Source of the DNA: Acidimicrobiales bacterium
GTDB taxonomy: Bacteria; Actinomycetota; Acidimicrobiia; Acidimicrobiales; Aldehydirespiratoraceae
NCBI GenBank assembly: GCA_033344915.1
Contig: JAWPML010000001.1
Coordinates: 408,369 to 472,368, forward strand
Length of the DNA: 64,000 nt
Direction: 5' to 3'
Below the pieces are notes generated by a model. It was given only the letters and a program-made list of their open reading frames with translations. It made no database searches and was not told where the DNA came from. Made by a program: the position numbers and the translations under genes. Each line of letters starts with the position of its first letter. The stretch's first letter is position 1. Shown in pieces: positions 1 to 8,342 of this stretch.

Positions 1-851
1 TGGGTGTGCTCGCGGTCCTCGCCCCGGAGGAAGCCGGAGGTCTCGGCATGGACGAGGTCGACCTCGTGCGCATCCTCGAGGAAGCCGGCTACGCCGGGGT
101 GCCCGAGCCGCTCATGGAACACGCCGCGGTTGCCGTACCGGCCCTCGCACAGGCGGGGAGCCTCCACCTCGACGCGGCGATCGGCGGTGGCTCCCGCTAC
201 AGCATCTCGCTGTCGACCGGTGGTGGCCCCGTGCTCGCGGCCGGATCCGTCGATGCGTTGGTCGCGGAGGACGACGGCCTGCTGGCCGAGGTGGCCCGCG
301 AGAGCTACGACGTCGTCCCCGTCGAGTCGATCGACCAGTCCCGGCGGTTGGCCCGCGTCGAGCTCACCGGTGACCCCACCGGGCTGTCCGGTGCCGACGC
401 GGCGCTCGCCAACGATCGCGCCGCGCTCGGCACCGCCGCTCAATGCCTTGGTGTCGCCCGTCGGCTGCTCGACGCGACGGTCGAGTACGTCGGGGAGCGC
501 CACCAGTTCGGCAAGCCGGTCGGCTCCTACCAGGCGGTGAAGCACCATCTGGCCAACGTGCGCATCGCCAACGAGTTCGCGGCGCCGCTCGTCTATCGCG
601 CCGCGTGGTCGGTGGCGCATCCGGAGACGCACGACGAGGTCACCCGGGGGCGCGATGTCTCCATGGCGAAGGCCACCGCATCCGACGCGGTGGATCTCGC
701 CTGCCGGGCGGCCCTCCAGTGCCACGGCGCGATCGGTTACACGTTCGAGTACGACCTGCAGCTCTGGTTGAAGCGGGGCTGGGCACTGGCCGCGGCCTAT
801 GGCGACGCGCGCCGACACCGCGACCGGGTGGCCGCGGCCCTGGAAATCTGA
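1..851 (+). CDS. acyl-CoA dehydrogenase family protein, C-terminal part (5' end outside window)
   Basis: Frame is open from the window edge. C-terminal ACAD-like motifs are present (GERHQFGKPVGSYQAVKHHLA, QCHGAIGYTFEYDLQLWLKRG). Third-codon positions are G/C rich. Confidence 0.85.
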   Translation, partial: GVLAVLAPEEAGGLGMDEVDLVRILEEAGYAGVPEPLMEHAAVAVPALAQAGSLHLDAAIGGGSRYSISLSTGGGPVLAAGSVDALVAEDDGLLAEVARESYDVVPVESIDQSRRLARVELTGDPTGLSGADAALANDRAALGTAAQCLGVARRLLDATVEYVGERHQFGKPVGSYQAVKHHLANVRIANEFAAPLVYRAAWSVAHPETHDEVTRGRDVSMAKATASDAVDLACRAALQCHGAIGYTFEYDLQLWLKRGWALAAAYGDARRHRDRVAAALEI

Positions 852-852
852 C

Positions 853-1041
853 TCAGCCGACGAGGGCGGCGGCCGGTCGCACGACCTTGCTGCTCGCGTA
901 GCCGAGGTTCGTCTTCACGAGGTGTGATCCCTTGCGCGCCTCGCAGTCGTCGCACGTCACGGCGTAGCGGCCGAGCCGGCCGTCGCGTCGTCGGGCGTGG
1001 CGGTCGCCGCACAGGTTGCAGGTGGTGTGGTGGCTCGTCAT
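853..1041 (-). CDS. small zinc-ribbon protein (CxxC...CxxC), 62 aa
   Basis: ATG at 1041 with GGAG about 9 nt upstream. Peptide is MTSHHTTCNLCGD...VTCDDCEARKG. Nearly every codon ends in G/C. Confidence 0.6.
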   Translation of the reverse strand: MTSHHTTCNLCGDRHARRRDGRLGRYAVTCDDCEARKGSHLVKTNLGYASSKVVRPAAALVG

Positions 1042-1179
1042 GGTCGTGCTCCGTCGTGAGTTCCCTTCCATGCGTCGGACCGATTGCGGCGTCGGTGAAT
1101 GGGTCGCTCGGCCCGCTTTGTCCCGGAACGGGAGGTGGCCATGAGCCGTTTGGCCCAGCCGATGTGGTAGCTCCAGGGG

Positions 1180-2502
1180 ATGCGCAGCCTCTCGATCGTC
1201 GTTCTCGCTGCGCTCCTGGCGGTCGGGTGCAGTGCCGACGACGGTGCTCCGGCGGCCGAGCCGGGACCAGCGACGGACGAAACGTCGTCCTCGGTGGGGG
1301 CCTCGACCACGACCACGACCACGACACTGCGTCCACCCGTCCCCACCGATCCGCCCCGGCCGCCGGCCGAGATGATCGGTGACCTGGTGCTGCCCTGTTC
1401 ACCGACCGACCTCACCCCGATCGTCGACGCGGTCGGCATCACCGACGCGAGCATCACGATCGGCACCGGCTCTGATCGAGGCGGCATCGGCACGCCGGGT
1501 GCCGGCGTCGGCATCATCGAGATGATCGAGGCGCTCGCGGACCACTGCAACGCCCACGGCGGCCTCCACGGTCGGGACATCCGGGTTATCGAGTACGACG
1601 CGGCCGCGGTGGAGACCGTCGACCGGGTTCGCCGGGCGTGCGAGGAGGTGTCCGCCCTCGTCGGGCACGCCTTCCTCCAGTTGATCGAGGAGGCACTCAC
1701 CGCGATCGACTGCGGGCTCGCCCGCTACCCGACCGGCCCCGGCCTGCTGCCGCCCACGCCGGTACGGCTCCACGGCCACCTCACGGCGGCGTTCGCCGAC
1801 CCTGCGGCGAGCCGAATCGTGCTGGTCGGGCCCGACACCCCCGTCGAGGCTGCCGCTCGTGTCGCCCATGAAGCCGCGGTGACGGCCGCCGGCGGGGTGC
1901 TGGAGGTCGTGGGGACGGTCCCGTATCCGATCGACCGGGTGCCGGACTGGGACCGCCTCGTCGGCGAAGCCCGGGCGACCGGCGCCGGGCAGGTCGTGAT
2001 CGTCGGCGGCTGCGATCAGGCGGTCGTCCCGTTCATCGAGGTGGCCGATCGGGCCGGCTGGGCCCCCATGATCCTGGCCTCGGCCGCGGCCTACGAGGCG
2101 GGATGTCTCGGTGTGGCGACGCCGGAGCGTCTCCTGCTGGAGTTGCCGTTCCTGCCGTTCGAGGACGGCGACGCGGCCCCGGCGGCCGCGGCCCACGAGG
2201 AGCTGCTCGCGTTGACGGCGGCGCCGCGCACCGGCACCGGGCTGCTGGCAGCCTCGGCGTTCTGGCGGTGGGCCGTCGACACCGCGGCCTGTCCGACCTC
2301 CGTCGGCGAGGAGTGTGCGTCGCCGCTGGCGGGACTCGACTGGAGCGCCGGCGGGCTGCACCCTCCGGTGTCGCCGGACGGCACGTCACCCGGTTGCGCG
2401 GTGGTCATGGGCATCGAAGACGGCGCGTTCGTGCGCCGGCTCCCGGTCGAGCCCGGCACCTACGAGTGCGAGCCGGTGTTCAGCGCGCCGTTGCCCGGCT
2501 GA
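1180..2502 (+). CDS. putative lipoprotein, possibly periplasmic solute-binding (PBP type 1-like)
   Basis: Signal peptide plus lipobox (LLAVGCSADDG), followed by a Thr-rich linker. The binding-protein assignment is only a fold-level impression. Confidence 0.6.
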   Translation: MRSLSIVVLAALLAVGCSADDGAPAAEPGPATDETSSSVGASTTTTTTTLRPPVPTDPPRPPAEMIGDLVLPCSPTDLTPIVDAVGITDASITIGTGSDRGGIGTPGAGVGIIEMIEALADHCNAHGGLHGRDIRVIEYDAAAVETVDRVRRACEEVSALVGHAFLQLIEEALTAIDCGLARYPTGPGLLPPTPVRLHGHLTAAFADPAASRIVLVGPDTPVEAAARVAHEAAVTAAGGVLEVVGTVPYPIDRVPDWDRLVGEARATGAGQVVIVGGCDQAVVPFIEVADRAGWAPMILASAAAYEAGCLGVATPERLLLELPFLPFEDGDAAPAAAAHEELLALTAAPRTGTGLLAASAFWRWAVDTAACPTSVGEECASPLAGLDWSAGGLHPPVSPDGTSPGCAVVMGIEDGAFVRRLPVEPGTYECEPVFSAPLPG

Positions 2503-2514
2503 CCGGGACCGGGA

Positions 2515-3390
2515 TCAGAGGAAGATGCGGCTGAGGTCGGCGACGCGGTCCGGCGTGAGGCACGCCTCGCCGACGGCGGCGGCGGCGATGATCAGGCCGA
2601 TCGAGGCCGTGGCCCGGTCCTCGGCGACGGCGAGCAGGTAGTCGACCTCGAAGCCCACCAGGAACGGCACGGCGCAACGGGACTCGGTGCCCGTCAGCCC
2701 CGCCGCCTCGAGCGTGAGTCGGAGCTCGCGGGTGCAGTCCACGCTGGCGACGGCCGGCGGGATCTCGTCGGGGTCGACATAGCGGAACAGGAAGGTGGCG
2801 GCCTCGGCGCGGGAGACGACGGCATTCGGCGAGAACGTGGTCGCGCTCGTTCCGGTCGTGATCAGGTTCTCCGACATCCAGGAGATGGCTTCCTGCTGGT
2901 AGCTGCGGGTGACATCACGGAACGGATGCCGGGTCACGGCGTCGGGTTCGCCGGCGTAGCGCCACAGCATCACGGCGAAATCGCCGCGGGTGATCGAGGC
3001 ATCGGGGTCGTACGTCCTCGCCGAGACGCCGGTGGTCAGCCCGGTGGCGTACAGCCAGCCGACGGGCTCCTGCTGATACGACGCCGTGACGTCGACGAAC
3101 GGGTGCGGGCCGCTCTGGGGGTTGTTCCCCAGGCTGCGGTCGAGCCGATGGAGGAAGGCGGCGACCTGGCCGCGGGTCACATCGACGTCGGGGCCGAAGC
3201 AACCGATCTCGATGCCCTCGGTGATGTCCTCACCGACCATCCACTGGACGGCTTCGGTGTAGAAACGATCCGACTCGACATCGCCGAACCCGGCGGCGGC
3301 GCCGGCGGTGCCGGTCTGCGTGGCCAGGATGCCGATCACGAACGTGATCAGGACGATGAGGCGGGAGCGCGTGCGCGTGTGACTTCGCAT
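2515..3390 (-). CDS. secreted protein with three SLH (S-layer homology) repeats and a C-terminal unknown domain
   Basis: Start chosen at MRSHTRTRSRLIVLITFVIGILA (signal/anchor). Three repeats of the F(G/V/R)DV..Y...V.W......T.G......P....TR...A.FL.R type are present. Confidence 0.8.
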   Translation of the reverse strand: MRSHTRTRSRLIVLITFVIGILATQTGTAGAAAGFGDVESDRFYTEAVQWMVGEDITEGIEIGCFGPDVDVTRGQVAAFLHRLDRSLGNNPQSGPHPFVDVTASYQQEPVGWLYATGLTTGVSARTYDPDASITRGDFAVMLWRYAGEPDAVTRHPFRDVTRSYQQEAISWMSENLITTGTSATTFSPNAVVSRAEAATFLFRYVDPDEIPPAVASVDCTRELRLTLEAAGLTGTESRCAVPFLVGFEVDYLLAVAEDRATASIGLIIAAAAVGEACLTPDRVADLSRIFL

Positions 3391-3589
3391 GATGGGGGGA
3401 ACATCCTTGGTCGAGGAGGCCGTCGGCACATCGGACCCCGCCCGCAGGAGTGCGGACCCGGGGAGTGCCGAACGGTGGACACTGGTCGATTCGACCGCCA
3501 AGGGTACCGGTAGGACCCGATTCGACTCCCGACGCGTGACCAACGTCACCTACGCTCCCGGCGTGCCGTCCCCGCCCGTCCCCGTTCCC

Positions 3590-4318
3590 GTGCGCCGTGT
3601 GCTCATCGTGATGGCGATGGAGATCGAGGCCGCCCCGCTGCGAGAGGCCCTCGGCGCGGCCCCTGTGGCCTCGCCGGACTGGGCGGACGCCCTCCCGTGC
3701 CGCCTCGCGACCTCGCCGGCGACGGCGTCTCGTCCCGAGGTGCTGCTCGCCGTCAACGGTGCTGATCCGCTGACGGGTGTGCCGTGCATCGGCACCACCG
3801 CGGCCGCGCTGACGACCCAGGTGGCGTTGACGGCCGGTCCGCCGCCGGACCTGGTGCTCTCCATCGGCACGTGTGGCGGATGGGCCCGTTCCGGCGCATC
3901 GATCGGCACCACGTATCTCGCCTGGCCCCACTTCTCCTGCCACGATCGGCGCATCGCCCTGCCGGGGATGCAGGCGTTCGCCGACGGTGACCTCGCGGCG
4001 GCCGACCTGCGGGTCCACGCCGCGCCCCTCGGCTGCGAACTGGGCATCGTCACCACCGGCGACAGCCTTGACGAATCGCCGACCGACCGCGAGCGCATCC
4101 TCGCGAACGGTGGTGTCGCCAAGGAGATGGAGGCCGCGGCGGTGGCATGGATCGCCCATCTCCACGGGATCCCGGTGAGCGGGGTCAAGACCGTGACGGA
4201 TTTCGTGGACGCCGACGAGCCGACCGCCGAGCAGTTCACGGCGAACCTCGCGGCGGCGTCGTCGGCGCTGCAATCCACCACCCTCGCGTTGCTCGGCCGT
4301 CTCGCCGGTCCAGAATGA
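3590..4318 (+). CDS. MTA/SAH nucleosidase-like (PNP_UDP_1 family)
   Basis: GTG start gives VRRVLIVMAMEIEAAPL. The C-terminal GVKTVTDFVDADEPTAEQFTANL resembles plant-type methylthioadenosine nucleosidases. Confidence 0.7.
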   Translation: MRRVLIVMAMEIEAAPLREALGAAPVASPDWADALPCRLATSPATASRPEVLLAVNGADPLTGVPCIGTTAAALTTQVALTAGPPPDLVLSIGTCGGWARSGASIGTTYLAWPHFSCHDRRIALPGMQAFADGDLAAADLRVHAAPLGCELGIVTTGDSLDESPTDRERILANGGVAKEMEAAAVAWIAHLHGIPVSGVKTVTDFVDADEPTAEQFTANLAAASSALQSTTLALLGRLAGPE

Positions 4319-4322
4319 TCCG

Positions 4323-5036
4323 ATGCCCGATCCCGAGGTGACTGACGAGCAGATCGTGGAGACGCTGCGCGGCATCGGCCGGTCGATCCACGCCCGCGAG
4401 CCCGACGCCGACGCATGTGCGGCGATCGCCGGCCACCTCGCGGCCGTGCAGGCCCTGCTCGACGACGGCGAGCCTCGACGGCGCTGGTACGAGATGCCTC
4501 CCGAGGATCGCGACAACCGCCGGTTCTACCGCCAGCTCTCGACGTTCTCGGGGCGCCTCAACACGATCGCGCCGCCGATCGTCATCACGTCCGGCTCGAT
4601 GCCGGACGGCGCGCCGGCGCTCATCGGGGCGGTGCGGCTCGACCGCCGCTACGAGGGTCCTCCGCGCGCGGTCCACGGTGGGATCCTCGCCGGGCTGTTC
4701 GACGAGCTGCTGGGTGGCGGCCAACGCCTCACGGGTGGGCCACCCGGGATGACGGGACGCCTCACGGTGCGCTATCGGCGCCCGACGCCGCTCGACACGG
4801 ACCTGCAGTTCCGCGCCTGGATCGCGGACGAGCGCGAGCGCCGGGTCACCGTCAAGGCCGACTGCCGGGTGCTGACCCACGGTGCGCGCGACGGAGAGGC
4901 CGACGATGCCGCGCCGCCCACGGCCGAAGCCGAGGCGATCTTCCTGCGGGTCGACTATGACGGTCTCGAGCGGGTTCTGCGCGAACGCGAGGACGGCGCC
5001 GCGCCGGCGCCCGCACCCCGCGTGGAGCCGTCATGA
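4323..5036 (+). CDS. PaaI/hotdog-fold thioesterase family protein
   Basis: Motif AVHGGILAGLFDELLGG lies in a hotdog-like C-terminal half. ATGA overlap with the next gene. Confidence 0.6.
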   Translation: MPDPEVTDEQIVETLRGIGRSIHAREPDADACAAIAGHLAAVQALLDDGEPRRRWYEMPPEDRDNRRFYRQLSTFSGRLNTIAPPIVITSGSMPDGAPALIGAVRLDRRYEGPPRAVHGGILAGLFDELLGGGQRLTGGPPGMTGRLTVRYRRPTPLDTDLQFRAWIADERERRVTVKADCRVLTHGARDGEADDAAPPTAEAEAIFLRVDYDGLERVLREREDGAAPAPAPRVEPS

Positions 5037-5599
5037 CGGATCACGTGGTCCTCGAGGCGCCCCGACCCGACGACGACCCGACACGGCCGCTCGTGTACTT
5101 CCTGTGCACGGGGAACGCCGCCCGCTCCGTGATGGGGTCCGCCATGCTGCGACTCCGCCTCGGGGCGGAGCCGCCGGTGTCCGTGGCGAGTGGCGGCACC
5201 CATGTGCTGCCGGGGCAGGTCATGAGCGTGCGCACCCGCACGGCGCTGGAGCGACATGGCATCCGCGACCCCCACCATCGCAGTCACCAGATCACCAGGT
5301 CCGACATCGAGCGGGCGACCGTCATCCTCTCGATGGAGCCCGACCATCTCCGGTGGATCCGCCGCATGCACCCCGAGGCGGCGCCGACGACCGGCAGCCT
5401 GAAACGGATCGTCCGTGATCTGGGTGGGCCGGCGGACGGCCCGCTCGAGGCACGCGTTGCCGCTTTGGGCCTGGCGACCGTCGAGTTCGAACCCTGGGAG
5501 GAAGTCGTCGATCCGGGCGGGGGTGAGCAGCCGGACTTCGACGTGGCCGCCGACGAGATCGCCGACCTCGTCGACCGACTCCACCGACTCCTGGTCTGA
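5033..5599 (+). CDS. low-molecular-weight protein-tyrosine phosphatase / ArsC-like
   Basis: CX5R(S) P-loop CTGNAARS near the N-terminus. Translationally coupled (ATGA) to the upstream gene. Confidence 0.8.
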   Translation: MTDHVVLEAPRPDDDPTRPLVYFLCTGNAARSVMGSAMLRLRLGAEPPVSVASGGTHVLPGQVMSVRTRTALERHGIRDPHHRSHQITRSDIERATVILSMEPDHLRWIRRMHPEAAPTTGSLKRIVRDLGGPADGPLEARVAALGLATVEFEPWEEVVDPGGGEQPDFDVAADEIADLVDRLHRLLV

Positions 5600-5601
5600 C
5601 G

Positions 5602-6264
5602 ATGCCGGAGCATCGTCGGCAGGGCCTGACGCTCGCGATCGCGGTCGGGGTCGTGGCGATGACGTTCGGTGTCCTCGCCGACGCGGCCGGACTGTCGCTC
5701 CCGCAGATCCTCGTGATGTCCGCGCTCGTCTTCACCGGCGCGTCGCAGTTCGCCGCCGTCTCGGTGATCGACGGCGGCGGTTCGGGTGGAGCGGCCGTCG
5801 GCTCGGCGATGCTGCTCGCCGCCCGCAACGCCCTGTACGGCCCGGTGCTCGCGAAGATCCTGCCGGGCCGGGGGCTGTCCCGGATGGCCGCTGCGCACCT
5901 GACGATCGACGAGACGACCGCGATGGCAACGGTGCAGGACGACGCGGAGACGGCGGCCGACGCCTTCTGGTGGACCGGGATCTGGCTGTGGTCGCTGTGG
6001 GTCCTCGGTTCGCTCGGTGGGGCGCTGATCGGCGCCGCGATCGGCGAGCCGGAGACGTGGGGACTCGATGCGGCGTTCCCCGCCGCGTTCATCTCGCTGC
6101 TCGCGCCCCATGTGCGCACCGCGCCCGGCCGCGTCGCCGCGATCCTCGGCGCCGGCCTCGCCATCGCGATGGTACCGATCTCGCCCGCCGGCGTACCGCT
6201 GCTCGTGGCGGCACTCGCCGTCGGGCCGGCGCTCGCCTGGAAGGTCAGGGAGGAAGACCGGTGA
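5602..6264 (+). CDS. azlC: AzlC family branched-chain amino acid exporter subunit
   Basis: Polytopic membrane protein. AzlC-like N-terminus (TFGVLA...GLS..Q...MSALVFTGASQF). Followed by a small AzlD-like gene with a 4-nt overlap. Confidence 0.8.
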   Translation: MPEHRRQGLTLAIAVGVVAMTFGVLADAAGLSLPQILVMSALVFTGASQFAAVSVIDGGGSGGAAVGSAMLLAARNALYGPVLAKILPGRGLSRMAAAHLTIDETTAMATVQDDAETAADAFWWTGIWLWSLWVLGSLGGALIGAAIGEPETWGLDAAFPAAFISLLAPHVRTAPGRVAAILGAGLAIAMVPISPAGVPLLVAALAVGPALAWKVREEDR

Positions 6265-6593
6265 GCTGGTCGGCGATCATCGTCCTGGTGGCGGGGAGCT
6301 TCGGGTTCAAGCTCTTCGGACACGTCGTGCTGGCGAGGTTCGCCGTCGACGAGGGCTCCCGGAGCGGGGTCCTGCGCTGGTTCCCCGACCTCGCCGGCCT
6401 CATCCCGGCCGCGCTCTTCGCCGCCCTCATCGCCGTGCAGACCTTCAGCCTCGACGAGTCGCTCACGATCGACGCCCGGGCCGCCGGCCTCGTCGCCGGC
6501 GCCATCGCGGTCTGGCGTCGGGCCCCGTTCGTGCTCGTCGTGATCCTGGCGATGACCGTCACGGCCGCGATTCGCTGGCAGACTTCTGGGTGA
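6261..6593 (+). CDS. azlD: AzlD family branched-chain amino acid transport protein
   Basis: GTG at 6261 overlaps the azlC stop. About 110-aa hydrophobic protein (VSWSAIIVLVAGSFGFKLFG...). Confidence 0.7.
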   Translation: MSWSAIIVLVAGSFGFKLFGHVVLARFAVDEGSRSGVLRWFPDLAGLIPAALFAALIAVQTFSLDESLTIDARAAGLVAGAIAVWRRAPFVLVVILAMTVTAAIRWQTSG

Positions 6594-7861
6594 TGACCGA
6601 GCCCCAGCGCATCGTCGTGACCGGTGGCCACCGCTTGGAGGGGACCATCCGGGTCGGTGGCGCCAAGAACAGCGCGCTCAAGCTCATGGCTGCCACGCTG
6701 TTGGCCGAGGGCACGTACCGCTTCGGCAATGTTCCCCGCATCACGGACGTCGCGCTGATGTCCGATCTGCTGCGGGCCACCGGTACCGAGGTCGGGTGGG
6801 ACGAGTCGGGTGACGAGCCGATCCTCGAGATCACCGTCCCGGGCACCATCGAACCGGTGGCGCCCTACGAGCTCGTCGAGCAGTTCCGAGCCTCGATCGT
6901 GGTGCTCGGGCCGATGCTCGCTCGCTGCGGCGAGGCACGGGTGGCCCTGCCCGGCGGCGACGACTTCGGCCCGCGGCCGATCGACATGCACATGCGGGGG
7001 CTCGCCGAGCTCGGCGCGGACTTCGAGACCCGCCACGGCTACATCCACGCGAGCGCGCCCAACCTCCTCGGCGCCCGTGTCCTGCTCGAGTACCCGAGCG
7101 TCGGCGCCACCGAGAACCTGCTGATGGCCGCCGTGCTCGCAAAGGGGACGACGGTTGTCGACAACGCGGCCCGTGAGCCGGAGATCGCGGACCTCTGCGA
7201 GCTGTTGAACAAGATGGGCGCCCGCATCGAAGGGTCGGGGTCCTCGACGCTGGTGATCGAAGGCGTCGAGACGCTGCATTCGTCCGACCACACGGTGATC
7301 CCGGACCGTATCGAGGCCGCGACGTACCTGGCCGCGCTCGGGATCGCCGGCGGCGAGGTCACCGTGGCCGGGGCCCGCCACGACCACATGGCCATGCTGT
7401 GTCAGAAGTTCGGCGAGATGGGCATGCGCATCTCGCCCGACTCCGGCGGCATCTGGGCGTTCGCCGGCACTCGGCTGCGGTCGAGCGACTGCTCGACCCT
7501 GCCGTATCCGGGGCTCGCGACCGACTTCAAGCCCTTCCTCGTCGCGGCGCTGGCCACCGCCGACGGCGTCGGCATCGTGACCGAGAACGTCTTCTCCGGT
7601 CGCTTCCGCTATGTCGACGAACTCCGACGCATGGGTGCCGACATCCGCACCGACAGCCACCACGCCGTGGTGCGCGGGGTCGAGCGCCTGTCGGGCGCGC
7701 CGGTGAAGGCCCACGACATCCGCGCCGGCGCCGCGCTCGTGATCGCAGGATTGGCGGCGGAGGGAGAGACGGTGGTGGCCGAGGCGCACCATGTCGCCCG
7801 CGGCTACGACGACATCGCCGGGAAGCTAAACGCGCTCGGAGCCGACGTCCGGGTCATCTGA
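6593..7861 (+). CDS. murA: UDP-N-acetylglucosamine 1-carboxyvinyltransferase
   Basis: MTEPQRIVVTGGHRLEGTIRVGGAKNSALKLMAATLLAEG and EPT-family similarity along the full length. Start is at 6593 or GTG 6590. Confidence 0.95.
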   Translation: MTEPQRIVVTGGHRLEGTIRVGGAKNSALKLMAATLLAEGTYRFGNVPRITDVALMSDLLRATGTEVGWDESGDEPILEITVPGTIEPVAPYELVEQFRASIVVLGPMLARCGEARVALPGGDDFGPRPIDMHMRGLAELGADFETRHGYIHASAPNLLGARVLLEYPSVGATENLLMAAVLAKGTTVVDNAAREPEIADLCELLNKMGARIEGSGSSTLVIEGVETLHSSDHTVIPDRIEAATYLAALGIAGGEVTVAGARHDHMAMLCQKFGEMGMRISPDSGGIWAFAGTRLRSSDCSTLPYPGLATDFKPFLVAALATADGVGIVTENVFSGRFRYVDELRRMGADIRTDSHHAVVRGVERLSGAPVKAHDIRAGAALVIAGLAAEGETVVAEAHHVARGYDDIAGKLNALGADVRVI

Positions 7862-7984
7862 CGCCTGGGCGAGGGCGCGGCGGCGGGCGACCCAGAGCAA
7901 CAGGGCGAAGACGGAGACCGGCCCGGCGACGAGGATGATCTCGTCCCATCCGCCCTGGTGGGCCAGCAGCAGTCCCGTCGCCAT
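7826..7984 (-). CDS. small membrane protein (52 aa), below ORF-track cutoff
   Basis: Own translation: MATGLLLAHQGGWDEIILVAGPVSVFALLLWVARRRALAQASDDPDVGSERV. It has one TM helix and very high GC3. The 3' end overlaps the murA 3' end convergently. Confidence 0.45.
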   Translation of the reverse strand: MATGLLLAHQGGWDEIILVAGPVSVFALLLWVARRRALAQASDDPDVGSERV

Positions 7985-8042
7985 ACCGCCACCCTACGGA
8001 ATACCGTGCCGATGTCGGTGTTGAGGAAGGTGGCTGCCACAC

Positions 8043-8342
8043 TTGGAGGCGTCCACCCCCGTTCGGATCCGGAGTGCTGCGTTGCGCGAGCAGGTCGAGA
8101 AGGTCATCACCGCCATCCGTCCGGCCATTCAGGCGGACGAGGGCGACATCGAGTTGATCGAGGTCGACGAGGCCTCCGGCGTCGTGACCGTCGAACTCAA
8201 GGGCGCGTGCGTCACCTGCCCGGCCTCGACCCAGACACTGAAAGCCGGCATCGAGCGGATCATGAAGGACCGCGTGGACGGCGTCACCGAGGTCGTCGAG
8301 ATCAACGCCCTCGGAATGAGCGAGAGCGCGGTCTCGCTCTAG
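8043..8342 (+). CDS. NifU C-terminal-domain (Nfu-like) Fe-S cluster protein
   Basis: Motif GDIELIEVDE..GVVTVELKGACVTCPASTQTLKAGIE (CxxC). TTG start as given by the track. Confidence 0.8.
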   Translation: MEASTPVRIRSAALREQVEKVITAIRPAIQADEGDIELIEVDEASGVVTVELKGACVTCPASTQTLKAGIERIMKDRVDGVTEVVEINALGMSESAVSL

